Source: Candidatus Woesebacteria bacterium
GTDB taxonomy: Bacteria; Patescibacteriota; Microgenomatia; UBA1400; UBA12028
Length of the DNA stretch: 64,000 bases
Assembly: GCA_040006915.1 (NCBI GenBank)
Contig: JBDTWD010000004.1
Coordinates: forward strand, 1,033 to 65,032
Reading direction: 5' to 3'
Positions 58,776 through 64,000 of the stretch are shown here, piece after piece (the stretch's first letter is position 1; the number at the start of each line of letters is the position of its first letter). The notes under the pieces were generated by a model. The model did no database searches. It saw nothing but the letters and a program-made list of their open reading frames with translations, and was not told the DNA's origin. The position numbers and the translations under genes were made by a program.

Positions 58776-59429
58776 ATGTTTGAAAGAGAAATTGTAAAAA
58801 GACTCGATGCCATTACCCAGCTTCTTCAGGAAAAGAACTTTAATAAGAGCAAAGATTTAATCAACCAAACTCTTAGTATTCTTGAGTTCTTGCCTTCAAA
58901 GATTCATTTTGATCCTATAGTTTCAGCCTACCTTTCACTTATCCGTCTTGTTATTAATCAGTATGCGGAAAGCTTAGATCAAACGCCACCAGAAAGAAAT
59001 ATCGTGCAGTTTCTTTTGAGAGAAAGTAATCTCATTACACAGGAAGATGTTCCTCAGTCAGAATTTTTCTCTCATATTCCGATATTTTTTGAACATATCT
59101 TGACCTATATAGAGAGAGAATCTGATCAAGTTCAACTTGGATCCAGTATCTACTATCCCGATAAACGAATAATCGTTCTCCGTGATGGGAAAGTCATTAA
59201 ACTGCCACAGAAACAAAATAGGCTTTTTCAAATGCTGGTGGAGAAGAATGGCTACTATCTCACATATGCTGAAATTTTAGAGACTGATACCCCGTTGTTC
59301 CCTACTGAGAATGTACTGCATGCGACACTCGCTCATCTTCGAAGTCACATAATGGGTATCGTATCAGAAGTCACCATTCGCACAGAATATGGATTAGGTT
59401 TGATTCTAGAAATAAAAAAGAAGAAATAA
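58776..59429 (+). CDS. Protein with a C-terminal OmpR/PhoB-like winged-helix domain
   Basis: DGKVIKLP.KQ.RLF.ML, LTYAEI, LHATLAHLR and IRTEYGLG motifs; N-terminus is not a receiver domain. Confidence 0.7.
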   Translation: MFEREIVKRLDAITQLLQEKNFNKSKDLINQTLSILEFLPSKIHFDPIVSAYLSLIRLVINQYAESLDQTPPERNIVQFLLRESNLITQEDVPQSEFFSHIPIFFEHILTYIERESDQVQLGSSIYYPDKRIIVLRDGKVIKLPQKQNRLFQMLVEKNGYYLTYAEILETDTPLFPTENVLHATLAHLRSHIMGIVSEVTIRTEYGLGLILEIKKKK

Positions 59430-59432
59430 TTT

Positions 59433-60056
59433 TTATCCATACGTTTGAGTGACGAGAGTCATTTTTTCACCATCAACGGAAAGGTATGTCGCGATCCCGT
59501 AATCAATCATTCCGGTATTAATGTATCCTTGTTTTCGGCTATTTTCAGCAATATGGGAATGCCCACAGACAAGGATTTGATTACTCGTTAGATGTGACTG
59601 AGCATATTTCTTCATCTGCATATTTTCCCAACCCCGCAGCTTATTTCCAAATTGAAACCGACGACTCGAAAAAAATAAACTCAAAATATAGGAGATTTTC
59701 GGATATGAAATATCAAAGCTTGGAGCGATCTTATGTCCATGTTCAATGACTAATTCTTTTTTCCCTACTTGAATGGTATAGCGATCATACTGTGCTCTGG
59801 AAAAGAGTTCGGGATGAGTCGTCCATTCGGGTCGATCATGGTTTCCATAAATATAAATGGTTTTCTCCCGCATATAGGGGAATAATCCCCTCCAATCAGA
59901 CTTAGCGAATCGTGCAAACGTGACTTCATATCCATCCCAAAAGTCACCGTTCATGATGATTCGATCATAATGACGAAAAAGATCTTTTAAAAAATCAAAT
60001 TTTACGGAATCAAAATGAGTCGTCAGATGTGTGTCTGAAAAAATCAGCGTCTTCAT
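59433..60056 (-). CDS. Calcineurin-like metallophosphoesterase (LpxH-like group)
   Basis: SDTH, NGD, GNHD, HGH and GHSH motifs; start moved to ATG 60056. Confidence 0.9.
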   Translation of the reverse strand: MKTLIFSDTHLTTHFDSVKFDFLKDLFRHYDRIIMNGDFWDGYEVTFARFAKSDWRGLFPYMREKTIYIYGNHDRPEWTTHPELFSRAQYDRYTIQVGKKELVIEHGHKIAPSFDISYPKISYILSLFFSSRRFQFGNKLRGWENMQMKKYAQSHLTSNQILVCGHSHIAENSRKQGYINTGMIDYGIATYLSVDGEKMTLVTQTYG

Positions 60057-60979
60057 ACTATACCTACGATCGTCAACAAGGCCTGCCAAAATCCTAATAA
60101 AAAAGCACCGCTAGAGCGGATGGTTGTGAAAATTAAATGATAAGGTAACCAAAAGACATGTTTTACTAGTTCTGACGTTGAAGCATTCTTCCACATAAAT
60201 AGAATTTGGTTTTTGTACGCCATCACTTCCATGTTGCGCTTCCCGAAAACGCTTCCATTTGTCGATTCATGGTTATGATGCACAACTGCGGTGGGCTCAA
60301 ATAAAACTTGCCAACCTTTCTTTCGCGCTCGAAACGATAAATCAATATCTTCCCAGTACGCAGGTTTGTAATCGACATCAAATCCACCCAACTCTATCCA
60401 CCCAGACCTGCGAAACGCTCCACTCCCTCCGGACACCCAAGCAGTTTCTGGCTGATTCTGGTTATCAGCCCGTTTATGAATGTAAAAGCCTCTCTCAAAC
60501 CACCCCTCTGCCCGTCCATACTCTTTATTTCCCTCACTTGAAGCGAGCTCCTTACAACCAACAGCAAAGACAAGACTTTCATTAAAATGAGGCAACAATA
60601 CATCGAGAATATTTTTCTCCGGCGCGACATCATTATTGAGTAAGATAATGATCTCGTTATGCGCTTCAGCTACCCCACGATTACAGGATGCAGCAAAGCG
60701 CTGATTCTGTGCATTTACAATCAAAAATACATCGCCAACATTCGATTTTCCTTTGAAGCACAACCTGTCTTTCGGCTGGATTCCAGTCGATTGATCGGGG
60801 AGGCATTCATCTTGAGCGAGATGAAAGTACTCAGTGAGAAACTTTACACTCTCATCCGTACTGGCATCGTCAACAATAATCAGTTCATCACCAGAATGTA
60901 TGGCTTCAAGCACGCTAGGGAGATTTTTTTCAAGCAGTGACTTGCCGTTATAGGTGGGAATGACAACTGAAACATGCAT
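60053..60979 (-). CDS. Glycosyltransferase family 2
   Basis: IPTYNG, VDDASTD, LLNND and AYWEDID motifs. Confidence 0.92.
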   Translation of the reverse strand: MHVSVVIPTYNGKSLLEKNLPSVLEAIHSGDELIIVDDASTDESVKFLTEYFHLAQDECLPDQSTGIQPKDRLCFKGKSNVGDVFLIVNAQNQRFAASCNRGVAEAHNEIIILLNNDVAPEKNILDVLLPHFNESLVFAVGCKELASSEGNKEYGRAEGWFERGFYIHKRADNQNQPETAWVSGGSGAFRRSGWIELGGFDVDYKPAYWEDIDLSFRARKKGWQVLFEPTAVVHHNHESTNGSVFGKRNMEVMAYKNQILFMWKNASTSELVKHVFWLPYHLIFTTIRSSGAFLLGFWQALLTIVGIV

Positions 60980-60989
60980 AGTGTGCGTA

Positions 60990-62087
60990 TTATCCTACTA
61001 TATTTCTAATGATACGCTCGAAATTTACTTTTGAATAATTTTCAGCTTTCTCTCGTAGCTCTTCACGAAGGAGTTGTATTCCAGTCTCATCATTTTTAAC
61101 GTCAGTAATCATTCGATACGTTTTTTCGACCAACTCTTCCACATTTGTCCAAAAGAAACGAGTGTCATTAACTACCTCTCTTTGTCCACCTAAGGGTACA
61201 ACAAAGGGAATCGCTCCACTTGCCATCGCTTCTAATGTCGTGATTCCAAAGTGTTCTGTATTTTCCGGATGATCAATCTCATTGACCTCAAATCCCGCCG
61301 CATGCCAATAGAAACTTGCGCGTACACAATACGCTCTAACCTCGTCGTATGAGATATTCGTGGCAAATACCACTCGATATCCTTTCGCCTGTTTTTTTAA
61401 CGTCTCCAAAAATTCATGACTTTCCACATTTCCCACCAAAACCAAGGTCCACGTTTTCACATGATGTGTATCAACCAGTTCTTTAAAGGCATCAATCAAA
61501 ACATCTTGTCGTTTGCTGTTGCTTTGCTCATGGGCAAAAAATCGTCCAATGGACAAGATAATTTTCTCTTTGCTCGTATGTGCAGGGAAAGAAAAATCTT
61601 TGGTATCAACATACGGTGAGAGAACGGCAATTCGACTCGTTTTCCATGACCTTTTTAAAACTGAGGCAACAAACTCAGAATATACAAATATTTTCGACCA
61701 AGTTCGTAATTTTACTGTTTCAAGAACTGACAGTTTTCTTGTCCATGGAACTTGCACAATAAAATACGAATGCTTTGCAAAGGAGGCAAAGATGCTTCCA
61801 TCTGTCATTGCAAACAAGACATCGTATAGTCTGGTTTCTTGTGCAAGTTGGATGGGATTTTTTCCGTTTCCAATAGAAGTAGCTTTGACTTCAATTTTTG
61901 AAAGATCTAAGCCAAAAGCACTTGTATACTTTAAAAGACTTTCCTGAGTCTGTTTCACTTGCGCGGCAGGGACGAGTAAAAAAGTTTTATGAGTCTTACT
62001 TGTCGCTTCGGCAATCGAAAGGAGGTACCGTTCTCCTCCCCCAAAGTGCTTTGGAATATACGGGGAGTAAAGAGCAACAGTTTTCAT
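60990..62087 (-). CDS. Glycosyltransferase family 4
   Basis: GGGERY, IGRFF, KRQD and EHFGITTLEAMASG motifs. Confidence 0.93.
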   Translation of the reverse strand: MKTVALYSPYIPKHFGGGERYLLSIAEATSKTHKTFLLVPAAQVKQTQESLLKYTSAFGLDLSKIEVKATSIGNGKNPIQLAQETRLYDVLFAMTDGSIFASFAKHSYFIVQVPWTRKLSVLETVKLRTWSKIFVYSEFVASVLKRSWKTSRIAVLSPYVDTKDFSFPAHTSKEKIILSIGRFFAHEQSNSKRQDVLIDAFKELVDTHHVKTWTLVLVGNVESHEFLETLKKQAKGYRVVFATNISYDEVRAYCVRASFYWHAAGFEVNEIDHPENTEHFGITTLEAMASGAIPFVVPLGGQREVVNDTRFFWTNVEELVEKTYRMITDVKNDETGIQLLREELREKAENYSKVNFERIIRNIVG

Positions 62088-62093
62088 ACGATG

Positions 62094-62942
62094 TCAGGTA
62101 TTATTTTTCTTCCCCCATTGCTTCACGATCTCTTTTTCAATGAGTTGATAGCGTTCATCTAATGACGGTTTTTGTTGTAATTCCCACAAACGCTCGTAGA
62201 CAAAGAAGCGATTGATGGCTTGTTGAAAAGATTCAATCCATCCTTCCATTCCATCTTTATAACCTTTCTTCGCGATCAGCCGTCTGAAGCATTCCATTCC
62301 AAACTTACGAAGCAAAGTAAACGGTTGTACAGGTTTCGCTCCTGCTTCAAAAAGCAGTTGAGCTTCGGTGTCTGTCCAGGTATATGACTTAACTAATCCA
62401 TCGCGGATGTTTCTATGTGTTAGGTGAACCAGTGGTTCTTTAAGTTCACCTAAAATACCATCAATTTCTGCATGCTCATGCACTTTCCCTTCCCAACCAC
62501 GTAAGTGAGATCGTTTAAAAAGTCTGACAATTCGATCCTGTTCCCAACCACCAAACTGCATCCATCGTCCGAAATGAATATTATTACGTCTCAGTGCAAA
62601 AGCAGCGTTGGAAGTAAACTGAATAGTATCTTCTATTTCTTGAGCTAGTTTAGGTGTCACGCGCTCATCAGCATCAATATATAAAAGCCAATCTGAGGTG
62701 CTTTCTTTAGCTCCTCGATTGCGCCAATCTTGAAATGATCCACTAGATACTTCGACAATTTTCGCACCTTCTCTGGCTGCAATTCCGAGGGAATTATCAG
62801 TTGAGCCTGAATCAACCACCACTATCTCATCTGCAAACTGAACAGAAGCAAGACAGTTTGCAATCATGCTTTCCTCGTCTTTGGAAATGATTATGACGCT
62901 AATGCTTTTTCTACTGGTATTTTTGTTGTTTGATTCCCCCAT
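62094..62942 (-). CDS. GT2 beta-glycosyltransferase (LgtF/KdtX-like)
   Basis: VDSGSTD, IDADER, VHE and GYKDG motifs. Confidence 0.9.
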   Translation of the reverse strand: MGESNNKNTSRKSISVIIISKDEESMIANCLASVQFADEIVVVDSGSTDNSLGIAAREGAKIVEVSSGSFQDWRNRGAKESTSDWLLYIDADERVTPKLAQEIEDTIQFTSNAAFALRRNNIHFGRWMQFGGWEQDRIVRLFKRSHLRGWEGKVHEHAEIDGILGELKEPLVHLTHRNIRDGLVKSYTWTDTEAQLLFEAGAKPVQPFTLLRKFGMECFRRLIAKKGYKDGMEGWIESFQQAINRFFVYERLWELQQKPSLDERYQLIEKEIVKQWGKKNNT

Positions 62943-63823
62943 TGTCCTCCTAGTGCATGGAGTATACCAAGCTTGACCGCCCCATTACCAGTGATGAAGA
63001 GTCTTCTTGCCTCATTCAGGAGAGCAAGCTTGGTTCGTCTCGGGGAATATCGCAAGCCGAAGCGAAGACGATTACGGGTTTGATAGTACTGGTGAACCTG
63101 TGAGCCACTGCCATCTGAAGATCCCGCGTTCTGATGATACAAAATCGCTCTGGGCGCAAAACGTATTTTCTTATGCAGTTTTTTTCTCAGTCGCATCGAA
63201 AGATCGGCATCTTCATAATACAAAAAATACTTGGGATCAAAACCTTTCAGCGTCTTCCAAATAGCTGGAGTTGTCAGAAAACAGCAGCCCGTTGCAAATT
63301 GTTCTTCCTCTCCGGCTTTCTCAAATTGTCCGCGATCAACTTCATCCACCCCTTTATGAAACAAAATCATATTTTGCCAATCGATTCCTCCTCCTGCATA
63401 CCAAATCACTCGCCCTCTCTGACTGTTTGAATATTCCTTGGCATAGAATTCGTATTCTTTTTCAAAATAGATTTTAGGGACAACAAGACCACTATCAGGA
63501 TCAGAATTAAAAGAGGAAATCAGCTCCGAGACCATGGCTTTTCCTACACGCGTATCATTGTTTATAAAGAGTAAGTAGTCAACCGATCCATTCACGTGCG
63601 TTACTGCTACATTATTCCCTTGCGCAAATCCAAGGTTCTTTTTTGAGTGAACTAGATCACAATCTTTGAACTCATCTTTCTTTGGAGGAATCTTTGAATC
63701 ATTGTCAAAAACAATAATCTGATACTCATCGTCTTTATCTTTTTGCGCTAAAAGCGAATGCACACATTTTTTTGTCAAACGTGTGGAATTATAGTTTAAA
63801 AGTATGATAGCTATCGAAGACAT
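62891..63823 (-). CDS. Glycosyltransferase family 2
   Basis: LLNYN, NLGFAQGNN, INNDT, FLYYEDAD and YQTRN motifs. Confidence 0.92.
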   Translation of the reverse strand: MSSIAIILLNYNSTRLTKKCVHSLLAQKDKDDEYQIIVFDNDSKIPPKKDEFKDCDLVHSKKNLGFAQGNNVAVTHVNGSVDYLLFINNDTRVGKAMVSELISSFNSDPDSGLVVPKIYFEKEYEFYAKEYSNSQRGRVIWYAGGGIDWQNMILFHKGVDEVDRGQFEKAGEEEQFATGCCFLTTPAIWKTLKGFDPKYFLYYEDADLSMRLRKKLHKKIRFAPRAILYHQNAGSSDGSGSQVHQYYQTRNRLRFGLRYSPRRTKLALLNEARRLFITGNGAVKLGILHALGGQWGNQTTKIPVEKALAS

Positions 63824-63824
63824 A

Positions 63825-63998
63825 CTAACTATTTAGCTTTCGTTTAATTTTGTATCCGATTCTCTTTAAAGTATTTTTCTCTGTTTTAATTCTTTCATTC
63901 GCCGACCAATACATGGCATCCGAACAGGCGTCATTAATAGTTGCCTCTACGTCATCAAGAGACACTTTCATCTCATTTTTGGTTTTTTCCCATAGCTT
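63825..63998 (-). CDS. 3' end of a CDS running off the window (possibly a GT2)
   Basis: Open frame KLWEKTKNEM...KRKLNS* ends 1 bp before the next ATG; KLWE resembles the RLWE tail of the GT2 at 62094. Confidence 0.55.
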   Translation of the reverse strand, partial: KLWEKTKNEMKVSLDDVEATINDACSDAMYWSANERIKTEKNTLKRIGYKIKRKLNS

Positions 63999-64000
63999 TA

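Noticed and set aside
1-64000. Stop-codon reassignment, CRISPR arrays, tRNA/rRNA, transposases or defence systems
   Set aside because: TGA, TAA and TAG all end conserved genes at expected lengths; intergenic gaps are short and no such signatures were recognised by eye

Overview
A densely packed, roughly 40% GC bacterial window using the standard genetic code (TGA is a stop). It is almost entirely a cell-surface glycosylation region: about 12 multi-pass GT-C-type transferases (ArnT/PMT-, PIG-V- and YfhO-like), about 19 soluble GT2/GT4 enzymes, an O-antigen ligase/polymerase-like protein, both Wzm/Wzt and Wzx exporters, nucleotide-sugar enzymes (UXS-like, GalE-like, Fcl, RmlD-like, fused WecB-WecC), and acyl- and methyltransferases. 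Embedded among these are ruvC/ruvA/ruvB, a CadD-like transporter, sodA and several orphan genes. Gene content and style suggest a Patescibacteria (Microgenomates-like) genome, which is an inference. No rRNA, tRNA, CRISPR array or transposase was recognised. The most notable signals are: TANNNT -10-like boxes 5-8 nt before most operon-first start codons (probable leaderless expression); a shared beta-sandwich-like domain in a neighbouring GT4, GT2 (apparently circularly permuted there) and GT-C protein; a wecB-wecC fusion one base away from the local stop-CCT-ATG junction pattern; a 16/17-bp direct repeat bracketing a 20-kb polysaccharide block; and a methyltransferase/alpha-alpha-toroid tailoring module. 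Many start codons were moved downstream of the ORF-track starts.
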